Shown in pieces: positions 23,817 to 34,656 of a stretch of 64,000 nucleotides of DNA; positions within the stretch are counted from its first letter, which is position 1; every line of letters starts with the position of its first letter. The notes below the pieces were generated by a model, which made no database searches, was not told the origin of the DNA, and saw only the letters and a program-made list of their open reading frames with translations. Made by a program: the position numbers and the translations under genes. Where the stretch lies: positions 21,576,001 to 21,640,000 of the forward strand of contig NC_043012.1 in the NCBI RefSeq assembly GCF_006345805.1. Direction: 5' to 3'. Source of the DNA: Octopus sinensis. Its lineage: Eukaryota.

Positions 23817-24546
23817 ACTACATTTGTATGTTAGATGGAGGTTAAGGTAGGAAGAAAGAAGCTGGGGTAGAGCAGGTTGTTGTTGTAAAGGAGCTACATG
23901 GCTACTCACATTTAGGAGAGAGAGAGAGAATGAATCATAGATATCTCTGTGATAGTAATGACAGGTTGCAGGAAGAGTATGGGTGGGTGGGGGTGTTAGG
24001 GATTTGCAAGAGTGTATGGGGGAAGTGGAAGAGAGAGGTAGGCAACCTGGGAAGGGTAGGACATGAATAAAAGAGGCTTGTTTTACAAACTGTTAACATA
24101 CATACTGACATGGAAACAGACACATACATGTTACATTCACACATACAAACACACACATGTATGCATGCAGGGCAAGTTTCTGCACAGTTTCATTCACGAG
24201 ACATTGGTCCATTCAGTGTTATAGCCAAAGACACTTTACCCGAGATACCATACAATGGGATTGAACCCAAACCATTCAACCTCAAAACAAACTTCTTAAC
24301 CATATATAGCTATCCGTGTGCCTTTGATAGATAAAATAACCATGTTTCTTTTCAATTTATTTAAAAAAAAGAAAACTTTTATGATTTTTTAAAATACAAA
24401 CTTATTTGTTTGTTTCTTGTTTTTGTTTTTTTTATGAAATTTAAAATTATTGATCTTATCATTGCTTGATTGAGTAAAATTTTTCATCCCAGCTCTGCCA
24501 AGCTCAGCTCTTGGCAGATTCACCTGAGAAGCAATTGGCACAGAAA

Positions 24547-24668
24547 ATGCCTCTGCAAAGAATAGCTGTGTTCCACCTTGGGCTTTTACTGTTCGTGTTA
24601 CCCTTCCAATATTTTATCACAAGGATTTCAACGACCTCAGAATCCCAAAGAATCAATCAATTACAAGA
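24547..24668 (+). CDS. HspQ/YccV-like domain protein, coding exon 1 (hydrophobic N-terminus)
   Basis: Acceptor catcccag at 24485-24492, ATG at 24547, donor gtaaag at 24669. MPLQRIAVFHLGLLLFVLPFQYFITRISTTSESQRINQLQ. The phase-2 end matches the next exon. Confidence 0.72.
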
Positions 24669-26107
24669 GTAAAGTACTTCATTTTATTTATTTTTATTTT
24701 TTCTTTCCTTTGTTTTGCCCTTCTTTTCACTTCTTTCTTTCTTTCGTTCGTTCCATCATTCATTTAACATCCCTTTTTTTTTATGTTAGCCCATGTTTAG
24801 ACAGGGAGTTATTTGGGACAGGTTATTACTGTCAGATTGTCTTCCGTCTCACCAACCCTTACTTGGGTTTTTATTTTGGATTTCTTGAAAAGTGTAGAGC
24901 AAATGGTCAGAAAGTCTACAAGAAATGTAAACATCACCACATCTGTGCTTTACTGGTGCCAAGCATGGAATCATCATCATATCATCAGCATCATCATCAT
25001 TTAATGTCTGCTTTCCATGCTGGCATGGGTTGGTCTGTTTGACTGAGGACTGGAAAGCCAGGAGGCTGCACCAAACTCCAATCTGATCTGGGAAGGTTTC
25101 TACAGCTGGGTACCCTTTCTAATGCCAACCACTCCAAGAGTGTAGTGGGTGCTTTTTACGTGCCATCAGCATGGGAGCCAGTCTGGTGGCACTAGCATCG
25201 ACATTGCTCAAATGGTGCTTTTTAAGTGCCACTGGCACACGCGGTACTGGCATCAGCCATGACAACAATTTCACTTGACTCAACGGGTCCTCTCAAGCAC
25301 AGCATATTGCCCAACTATTGAAGGGTACTCTTAAATGGGCACGTAAAAAGCACCAACCGATCGTGGCCGTTGCCAGCCTCGTCTGGCACCTGTGCCAGTG
25401 ACACCTATAAAGCACCCACTACACTCACGGAGTGGTTGGCGTTAGGAAGGGCATCCAGCTGTAGAAACGCTGCCAGATCAGACTGGGCCTGGTGCAGCCT
25501 CCTGGCTTCCCAGACACCGGTCGAACCGTCCAACCCATGCTAGCATGGAAAGCAGACGTTAAACGATGATGATGATGATGATGATGTTATGGCTTTAATT
25601 TTAGCTCTTTATACACTTACTTAACTGTATATACTTCGTGCAGAAAACATCCATCCCAATGTAGTTTTTTTTTTTAAGCCCTTGGTTCTTCTTTATTTTC
25701 AATTTTGAAATGATCCCTTCCAGCAATATTTAAATTCTAATCGTGGAGATATGGGACAGAATACCATCAGGCAATTAGTCAATGATAATGATGATGATGA
25801 TAATTATAATTATAATAATAATAATAATAGCAACAACAGACACTGTCAACCTAAGACTATCTGGTCCCTTTAAAACCCTTTCAAAACCAAAATATGATTT
25901 AAACAGAATTGTAGTTCTCAGAATCTAGTTTCTTTTCCTTAAGAGATATCTTTGCAACTCGTAAATAACACACCCATAGTAAAACATCCAACTTGATGTT
26001 GCTTAAGGTCTCTGAGTGGGACGTAGAACAGCTTGTGTGAAACAAAGCAACAACATTGAAAATAATAATAATAGTAATAATAATAATAATAATAATGATA
26101 ATAATAA

Positions 26108-26375
26108 TGGCAGAAATTCAAAAGATAGTGCTCATGGGAACTGCTCATATCCTACGCAAAATACTTTCTATGTAATCTCAGGGTTTAAAACAAACACAAT
26201 TTTTTTTTTTTTTTTTGACATTCACTAGTACAACACCAAAAAACCCCCAAATATATGGCACACTAGGCATAACAACATGAACTTCCAATCTGTTGTCTCT
26301 TGAGGTCTCTGGGTGAGACTTGGAGCCAACTTGTACAAATATAAAGCAAAAGTCAAACATAGAATAATAATAATA
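26108..26375 (+). mobile_element. R4/Dong-type LINE extreme 3' end
   Basis: AEIQKIVLMGTAHILRKILSM* followed by a 3' UTR. Bounded by (AAT)n on both sides. Confidence 0.7.
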
Positions 26376-27294
26376 ATCCTTTTTACTATAGGCACAAGGC
26401 CTGAAATTTTGGGGTAAGGGACTAGTTGATTACACTGACTCCAATGTTCAATTGGTAATTTCATTGACCCCAAAAGGATGAAAGGCAAAGTCAACCTCAG
26501 CAGAATTTGAACTCAGAATGTAAAGATGGATGAAATGCTACTAAGCAATATGCCTGGTATACTAACAACTCTGCCAGCTTATTATTAATAATAATGCTTG
26601 TGATATAGGAGCAAGGCCCACAGTTGATGCATGTCAGTTTGAACTAAAGAATATATTAACCTGACAATCAATGGACATAAGCTTATGAAAAAACAAATCT
26701 GCTTTTAGTTTTATATAAACATTCACGTAAAAAGCACCCACTACACTCACGGAGTGGTTGGTGTTAGGAAGGGCATCCAGCTGTAGAAACACTGCCAGAT
26801 CAGACTGGGCCTGATGCAGCCTTCTGGCTTCACAGACCCCAGTTGAACCGTCCAACCCATGCTAGCATGGAAAGCGGATGCTAAATGATGATGATGATGA
26901 TGATGATTCAGATAATTAAGCTTTTGAATGAATTGTCTTGATTAATTGCCCATACAATATTACGCGACAAAGAGGGTGGCGAGCCAGCGGAAACGTTAGC
27001 ACGCCGGGCGAAATGCTTAAGTGGTTCTGAGTTCAAATTCTGCCGAGTTCAACTTTGCCTTTCATCCTTTTGGGGGGTCGATAAATTAAGTACCAGTTGC
27101 ATTCTGGGGTCAATCTAATCAACTGCCCCCCTTCATCAAGAAAATTTCAGATCTTGTGCCTAGAGTAGAAACGAACATTACACATAACAAAGATTTCAAC
27201 AACAACCTTAGCATCGCAAAGGACTGCATTTTTCAGCCTACAAACCAAACCAGTGTAATATATATCATATGTTTTTTTTTTTTGGAAGCACTCC

Positions 27295-27630
27295 GTCAGT
27301 TACGACGACAAGGGTTCCGGTTGATCCGAATCAACGGAACAGCCTGCTCGTGAAATTAACGTGTAAGTGGCTGAGCACTCCACAGACACGTGTACCCTTA
27401 ACGTAGTTCTCGGGGATATTCAGCGTGACACAAGAGAGTGACAAGGCCGACCCCTTGAAATACAGGTACAACAGAAACAGGAAGTAAGAGTGAGAGAAAG
27501 TTATGGTGAAAGAGTACAGCAGGGATCACCACCATCCCCTGCCGGATACTTGTGGAGCTTTAGGTGTTTTCGCTCAATAAACACTCACAACGCCCGGTCT
27601 GGGAATCGAAACTGCGAGTCCACTGCCCTA
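27295..27630 (-). mobile_element. SINE family C, 5'-rearranged
   Basis: Reverse complement of the 2342-2726 body. Confidence 0.85.
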
Positions 27631-27880
27631 ACCACTTATATATCATATAAGCAAGTAGACATTCAAAGCAAGTAAACATTCAAAGATTATCACATTCTTT
27701 CTCAATCTTGCTGCAGTTCACATGGAATTTTTGATCCTTCATTTATAAGTTAAACCCCCCCCCCCTTTTTTTTTTTTCTTTTTGGCTGTAAATTTTGGTT
27801 TGAAAAAATTTTATTTATATGCTGGAAACAACAGTAAATCTATCATCAAACTGTACTGGATTTTAAATTTATTCAATGAT

Positions 27881-28413
27881 TATTTACATTATTTACACTT
27901 GACGAATATTTGTCCTCATCTTGTTTGTTGTTAACACAACATTTCGGCTGATATACCCTCCAGCCCTCATCAGGTGTCTTGGGGAAATTTTGAACCTGGG
28001 TTCTCATTCCTAAGATATTTTTCGATATTATTATTATTATTATTACCATCATCATCATCATTAGTATTATTATTATTACTATTATTATTATTATTACCAT
28101 CATCATCATCATTAGTATTATTATTATTATTATTATTCAGGTCACTGCTTGGTATCGAACCTGGAATCTTGTGGTTAGTAGCCTGCTCTCTTAACCACTA
28201 CGCCATATGCCCGTGGGCAGTTAGGGCTTATAAATCTAATATTTTCGTATCCTTCCTTAGTACCGGTTCCCATATGCTATTGATATCTGCACTCGGTCTG
28301 CTTAGGAGGTATATCAGCCGAAACGTTGTGTTAACAACAAACAAGATGAGCACAAATATCCATCAAATGTAAATAATGTACAAAGTTCCTCATCTCTTAA
28401 ATATAGAACTGTA
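27881..28413 (-). mobile_element. tRNA-headed, hammerhead-tailed Penelope-like element, copy 2
   Basis: 12-bp TSD TTATTCAATGAT (27869-27880 / 28414-28425). Order of parts: tail 27881-28025, microsatellite, tRNA-like head 28137-28212, 92-nt leader, inverted partial tail 28305-28413. Confidence 0.85.
27933..27978 (-). ncRNA. Minimal type I hammerhead fold (same family as 23715-23760)
   Basis: GACAC-CUGAUGA-G-GGCUG(GAGGGUAUAU)CAGCC-GAAAU-GUU-GUGUU; position 15.2 is U rather than C. Confidence 0.68.
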
Positions 28414-28487
28414 TTATTCAATGATGTTATCAACTATGAATTCATGCTGTTTCTATTCTAAGCTTTCTGTGTTTTTTTCCTGTTTAG

Positions 28488-28648
28488 TGTTGTCAAATCA
28501 GTGTCAGTCTTCAGACAAAAGTATTTATCTTGGGAATCCTGGCAACGATGGTGCAATGATTTATTTGAAACTGTAAATAAAAACTTACCAGCCTCAAAGC
28601 CATTAACTAAAGATGAATCTGAAGCAGAGTCTCCAGCTTATTTTGCTA
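28488..28648 (+). CDS. HspQ/YccV-like domain protein, coding exon 2
   Basis: Acceptor tttttttcctgtttag, donor gtaagt at 28649. (D)VVKSVSVFRQKYLSWESWQRWCNDLFETVNKNLPASKPLTKDESEAESPAYFA. Phase 2 to phase 1. Confidence 0.8.
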
Positions 28649-29898
28649 GTAAGTTCCTTGCTTATATTTTTACAAGCAGTATTGCCCAGCGTTGCTCGGG
28701 TTTGTAAGGGAAATAACTATATAAGCATTTTTAGAGAGTTACTTCCCTTATATAAACCGAGCAAAAAATGCATTAAAAATTCGAAAAAAATTATGGTAAA
28801 TTTTTTTATTATCGTAGACTCATCGTAGATGCACACTAATACCTAGAAGGGCTCGATATGAATCACGACTATGAGATACCCGCTTTTGGTTAAACTGCAC
28901 CGCAAAATGTGGGAGTAGTTAGGAATCTAAATCGGAGGAGACAGACTCTCACACACACAACTTCAGTTTTATATATAAAGTTTTATATATAAAGATGTGC
29001 AGGTGTGGTTGGGTGATTGAGAAGAAGCATGCTTCCCAACCGTGTGGTCTTGGGTTCACTCCCACTGCATGGCACCTCGGGCAAGTGTTTTCTGTTATGG
29101 CTGTGAGCCTTGTGTGTGGATTTGGTTGATGAGAGCTGAAAGAAGCCTGTTGTGTGTGTGGGCTGTGTGTGGTGTATTTTGTGTGTGTGTTGGGGGCTGT
29201 GTGTGATGTGTGTGATAGCGCAGTCTCAGAAAGTTCCTTTTCTGCTCTTTGTCCAACCCATGCAAACATGGAAAAGTGGACATTAAAACAATGATGGTGA
29301 TAAGGTCCACTTATGAAGGGCTGAAATCTATAAGAAGGTCATCGTTATCATTGTTGGACTGAATTTGTTGAGGCAGACTTTTCCACTGCCAGATGGCCTT
29401 CCTGTCTCCAAGCCTCACCTGTTTCCAGGTAAGGTAATATTTCCCCCATGGCCAGACATGTTTTCATGGAAGATTGAAAACACTGGACACTGTTTGTATG
29501 GTGGTGACATTTGTTTACAACTATCATGTGATATGAAGACAAGGAGACAGCAACACACACACGCATGCACGCACACACACACACTCACACACACGTATAC
29601 AATGGGTTTCTTTCAGTTTCTGTCTACCAAATCCACTCCCAAGGCTTTGGTTAGCCCTGGGCTATAGTAGAAGGCACTTGCCCAAAATGCCTGCCTTGCA
29701 CTGGAACTGAACCCCAAACCCTGTGGTTGGGAAGATCTGTGTCCGTCCCATATTTATGAAAAAATAATATTGTATCATAAACCTGTTGAATTCATAACAA
29801 TATCAACAGCAATGAAACTTTGTATTGGTTATTGATTTTTAAATTGTTTGATTGAAAACTGAGAGATTTTCATAGATTTCAATCTGTTCAAATTTCAG

Positions 29899-30017
29899 CC
29901 TCTTTAAAGCCAAGAAGCCCTCGACCAAGCAATGTTGAGTTTCGAGTTGGTCAAGTGATAAAGCACAAAATCTGGGGTTACCGTGGTGTCATAATAGGCT
30001 GGGACAAAGTCGCAATC
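29899..30017 (+). CDS. HspQ/YccV-like domain protein, coding exon 3 (domain start)
   Basis: Acceptor aatttcag, donor gtaagt at 30018. (T)SLKPRSPRPSNVEFRVGQVIKHKIWGYRGVIIGWDKVAI contains the YccV/HspQ signature FxVGQVxxHxxxGYRGVIxGWD. Confidence 0.9.
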
Positions 30018-30430
30018 GTAAGTTCAATTCCTTGCTAAACCCCACTGTTTTGCCTTGCTTCCGTTTCATTTTTCTTTTATTGGGGCAGATATGGCTGTGT
30101 GGTTAAGAAGCTCACTTTGAAACCTGGTGGTTTGAGGTTCAATTCCTCTGCATGACTCCTTGAGTAAGTGTTTTCTACTATAGTTCTGGGCTGATCAATG
30201 CCTTGTGAGAGAATCTGAGAGACAGAAACTGTGTGGAAGCCCATCATGTGTGTGTGTGTATGTATATATATATCATCATCATCATCATCATCGTTTAACG
30301 TCCGTTTTCCGCGCTAGCACGGGTTGGACGGTTCGACCGGGGTCTGGGAAGCCAGGGGCTGCTCCAGGCTGATCTGGCAGAGTTTCTACGGCTGGATGCC
30401 CTTCCTAACGCCAACCACTCCACGAGTGTA

Positions 30431-31010
30431 GTGGGTGCTTTTTACGTGCCACCTGCACAGGTGCGGGGGGGGGGGGTCCGGCATCGTCCACGATCGGTTG
30501 GAGCTTTTAACGCGCCAGCGGCACGGAAGCCAGCCAAGGCAGCGCTGGCAACGTTCGGATGGTGCTTTTTATGTGCCACCGGCACAGAAGCCAGTCGGGG
30601 CGGCGCTGGCATCGGCCACGTTCGGATGGTGCTTTTTATGTGCCACCGGCACAGAAGCCAGTCGGGGCGGCGCTGGCATCGGCCACGTTCGGATGGTGCT
30701 TTTTATGTGCCACCGGCACAGAAGCCAGTCGGGGCGGTGCTGGTATCGGCCACGTTCGGATGGTGCTTTTTATGTGCCACCGGCACAGAAGCCAGTCGGG
30801 GCGGCGCTGGCATCGGCCACGTTCGGATGGTGCTTTTTATGTGCCACCGGCACAGAAGCCAGTTGGGCGGTACTGGCAACGACCTCACTCGAATCTTTTA
30901 CACATGCCACCAGCACAGGTGCCAGTAAGGCAATGCTGATAACGATCACGCTCGAATGGTGACTTTTATGTGTCACCAGCACGGAGGCCAGATGGCCGCT
31001 CTGGCAACGA
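30431..31010. repeat. 67-bp minisatellite inside a family D copy
   Basis: ACGTTCGGATGGTG recurs at 30551, 30618, 30685, 30752 and 30819 (period 67), with degenerate flanking units. Confidence 0.95.
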
Positions 31011-31817
31011 TCCGCTCTGGCAACGATCCGCTCTGGAAAAGCAAAAAATATATTATATATGTTTATATATTTATGCATGTGTGTGTTTGTGTATGTCCAC
31101 ACTATTGCTTAACAGCCAATGTTGTTTGTTTACATCCATATCTTAATTTATCTGCAGTCCTTTTGGTACAGGAATACTGTCCAATGTCTGTGACTTCAAA
31201 ATTTTGCCAAAACCAAAAAATTCTTTAGTATGTCCTTTTTTTAACCCTTTAGCCTTTAAACCAGCCATATCCGGCCAAAAGTATTCTGCTTGTTTTATGT
31301 TCAAACTGGCCATATCTGGTCTCTCAGACTAACCCTACAATATCATTTTAAAAATTAACAGCTACCTCATCAAAATCTCATAACTACATGATAATGCATG
31401 ATTAGTTCAAAACAATGTGGATGAAAAAGCATTAGTTTTGGCAGAATAATGTGAACACTAAAGGGTTAAATTGGAGGTGTGACTTAGGAGAGGTTTGGTT
31501 ACTATTGGCCAAAAAGCAATTTTCCTCTGTCACATGGTTATGCTGAAAGAAATTGCAACAGGTTCAACTACATCATAGTAATGCTTGTCTTGGTTCTGTT
31601 TTTTCTTTGGTTCATATGTATTGTAGACATTATAAATAAATGGAACTTTGATCTTCAAAGAAGAAAGTTAATATTTAGAAATGTCAAAATTATGATTTAA
31701 GTGGAGGCAGTGAAATGATAAATGTCTCTAGTGGAAAATCAGTCTGAAATTGTATATAATGTTGGCCATAAAGAATGATGGCTTTGGTGATAATGTCATT
31801 TATTTATTTATTCCTCC

Positions 31818-31850
<33 letters not shown>

Positions 31851-32328
31851 GTATATATATGTGTTCATTTATTCTTTTATTCTCTTACTTGTCTCAGTCA
31901 TTTGACTGTGGCCATGCTGGAGCACCGCCTTTAGTCAAGCGATTTGACCCCAAGATTTATTCTTTGTAAACTTAGTACTTATTCTATTGATCTCTTTTGT
32001 GGAACTGCTAAGTTGCGGGTATGTAAATGCACCAGCATCGATTGTCAAGTGATGGGGGTGAGACAAACACAGATAGACAAACACACACATGCACATACAT
32101 ATATACATACATACATACATATATATATATATCACGGGCTTCTTTCAGTTTCTGTCTACCAGATCCACTCACAAGGTTTTGGTCAGCCCAAGACTATAGT
32201 GGAAGACACTTACCCAAGGTGCCACACAGTGGGACTGAACCTGGAACCATGTAGTTGTGAAGCAAGCTACTTCCCACAGAGCCACTCCTATATATATATA
32301 TATATATATATATTTCTCTCTCTTTCAG

Positions 32329-32373
32329 GCACCTGAAGCTTGGCTGGAAATGAATCATCCTACTTCAAAATCT
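32329..32373 (+). CDS. HspQ/YccV-like domain protein, coding exon 4 (45 nt)
   Basis: Acceptor tttctctctctttcag, donor gtgagt at 32374. APEAWLEMNHPTSKS. Phase 0-0. Confidence 0.85.
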
Positions 32374-33339
32374 GTGAGTATTGTATTTCATCATCATCAT
32401 CATCATTTATTTAATGTCTGCTTTCCATGCTGGCATGCATTGGACAGTTTGACTGAGGTCTGGCAAGCCATTGGGCTGCACCAGCTCCAGTCTGATCTAG
32501 CAAGGTTTCTACAGTTGGATGCCTTTCCTAATGCCAACCACTACGAGAGTGTATTGGGTGCTTTTTACGGGAGCCAGTCAGCAGGCACTGGCATCAACCA
32601 AATTTGGATGGTGTTTTTTTTCGTGCCACTGGCATGGAAGCCAGTCAGGGGGTACTGGCATCAACCATGTTGGGATGGTGCCTTTTATGTGCCACTGGCA
32701 CGGGAGCCAGTCAGGGAGCACTGGCGTCAACCACACAGTATACAATATCGCTAGGTTGCTGATTGAAGATATTGTGTCGTGGTGAGCTGGCAGAATGGTT
32801 AGCATGCCAGACAAAATGCCTTGTGGCATTTTGTTCGTCTTTATGTTCTAAGTTCAAATGTCACTGGAGTTGACTTTGCCTTTCATCCTTTTGGGATCAG
32901 TAAAATAAATACCTATTTTTTTACTACCCACAAGGGGCTAAACACAGAGAGGACAAACAAGGACAGACAAATGGATTAAGTCGATTATATCGACCCCAGT
33001 GTACTGGTACTTATTTAATCGACCCCGAAAGGATGAAAGGCAAAGTCGACCTCGGCGGAATTTGAACTCAGAACGTAGCGACGGGTGAAATACCGCTCAG
33101 CATTTCGCCCTGTGTGCTAACGTTTCTACCAGTTCGCCACCTTGGGATCAGTAAAATAAATACCAGTTGCACATTAGGGTCAGTGTAATCATTTTATCCA
33201 AAGGCAGATATATCCATTCAAAATTTCATTGGCCTAGACTGCATAAAGCAGTTTTATATACCAAAATATATATTTTGTTGAAGAATGTCACGTTTGAAAC
33301 TATTTTCTGTTGAGACGAGTCAAGTTTATTGAGGCAACA

Positions 33340-33800
33340 GCGTTGGGGATTCTGCCACCTCACCTCCTTTATCCAACTGAAATCACAAACTGTTCCCTAA
33401 TCCTAATCCTCATTTAATGCATACTTCGCACACTGATATGGATTGGAACAAATCTGCATTAATTTTGTTCATGTTTTGTTTATTATTTTTTCTCTGCCAG
33501 TGAGTTTTGGTTCATTTGAGAAGTAATGCTTATTCTCAGAAATTATGAAACCACTCTGAAATTATTTCTAAACACCATCCCAAATATGCTAGCACACACA
33601 TCTCTTTTACTGCAGAAATCAGATATTTTTGCACTCAAAATTTCATTATCCTTAATTGCAGGAAAGCAGTTGTATATACTAATCTATTTCTTGTTGAAGA
33701 ATGTCAAGTGTTTTTTTTTTTCATGTTGAAATATCTGAAGTTTACTGAGGTAATGTGTCTTGCAGAAAATACCAATTCTAATTTTTGGTATTAACATTTC
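33340..33800. repeat. ~460-bp dispersed repeat, inverted copy at ~40810-41290
   Basis: Long high-identity alignment by eye in opposite orientation; the mirrored ORFs 33526-33729 and 40875-41108 reflect it. Class unknown. Confidence 0.85.
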
Positions 33801-33807
33801 ACATTGT

Positions 33808-34206
33808 GAGGTATACTTGCCATCTCAGTATGGCTAACCACTAAGCGGGGGTGTTACTGTAGCTTGTAGCCCCAGGAGAACATCGTCTCCAGCTGGCTTT
33901 AGGCACACTTTCTGTGCTCTTATGGTATTTTTAAGTTACTGGAAAAACGATAAAAGTATTTGCATTGGGACATCCCTTCATCGAAAACCGGTGATTGTTG
34001 TACGCCGACGACAGGTCAATACCTAGAAACTGCAGTCCGTGCGTATCACTTAGGTTGACGAGGGAGGGGTGACCTCCCCTTGCAAATACCATAAGGGCAC
34101 AGAAAGTGTGCTTAAAGCCAGCTGGAGACGATGTTCTCCTGGGGCTACAAGCTACAGTAACACCCACCCTTAGCGGTTAGCCATACTGAGATGGCAAGTA
34201 TACCTC
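33808..34206. mobile_element. MITE with ~123-bp TIRs (GAGG..CCTC) and 7-bp TSD
   Basis: TIRs 33808-33930 / 34084-34206. TSD ACATTGT (33801-33807 / 34207-34213). Confidence 0.88.
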
Positions 34207-34545
34207 ACATTGTCGTGCAGTTACTGTTTATACCTTGTTCATTTAACATTATTTAACATTAATTGCATCATCTTTTGCAATTAAAAGATTAAAACAGATT
34301 CAGGTGGGTTAGTATTTCTCTTTCTCTTTCTCTTTTACTTGTTTCAGTCATTTGACTGCGGCCATGCTGGAGCACCGCCTTTAATCGAGCAACTCGACCC
34401 CGGGACTTATTCTTTTGTAAGCCCAGTACTTATTCTATCGGTCTCCTTTGCCGAACCGCTAAGTATCTAAACAGTTTAAATGAAAATTACAGCTTTGATT
34501 TTGGTAAGGCTGTAAAATATTTTTTTTGTTGTTTCATCATTGCAG

Positions 34546-34656
34546 CACTGGAAAACGATGCCAAACTATTCCATCCTTGTCGATACGAGAGACCGGTTAT
34601 CACCACAAGTCACTTATGTCCCTCAGGAAAACATAAAACTTATTACTCACACTCGG
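34546..34656 (+). CDS. HspQ/YccV-like domain protein, coding exon 5
   Basis: Acceptor cattgcag, donor gtaatt at 34657. HWKTMPNYSILVDTRDRLSPQVTYVPQENIKLITHTR contains the YccV-type PxYxxLVD...TYVxQENI motif. Confidence 0.9.

Noticed and set aside
30431-30962. Overlapping 126-175 aa ORFs
   Set aside because: Produced by the 67-bp minisatellite, which is open in several frames.
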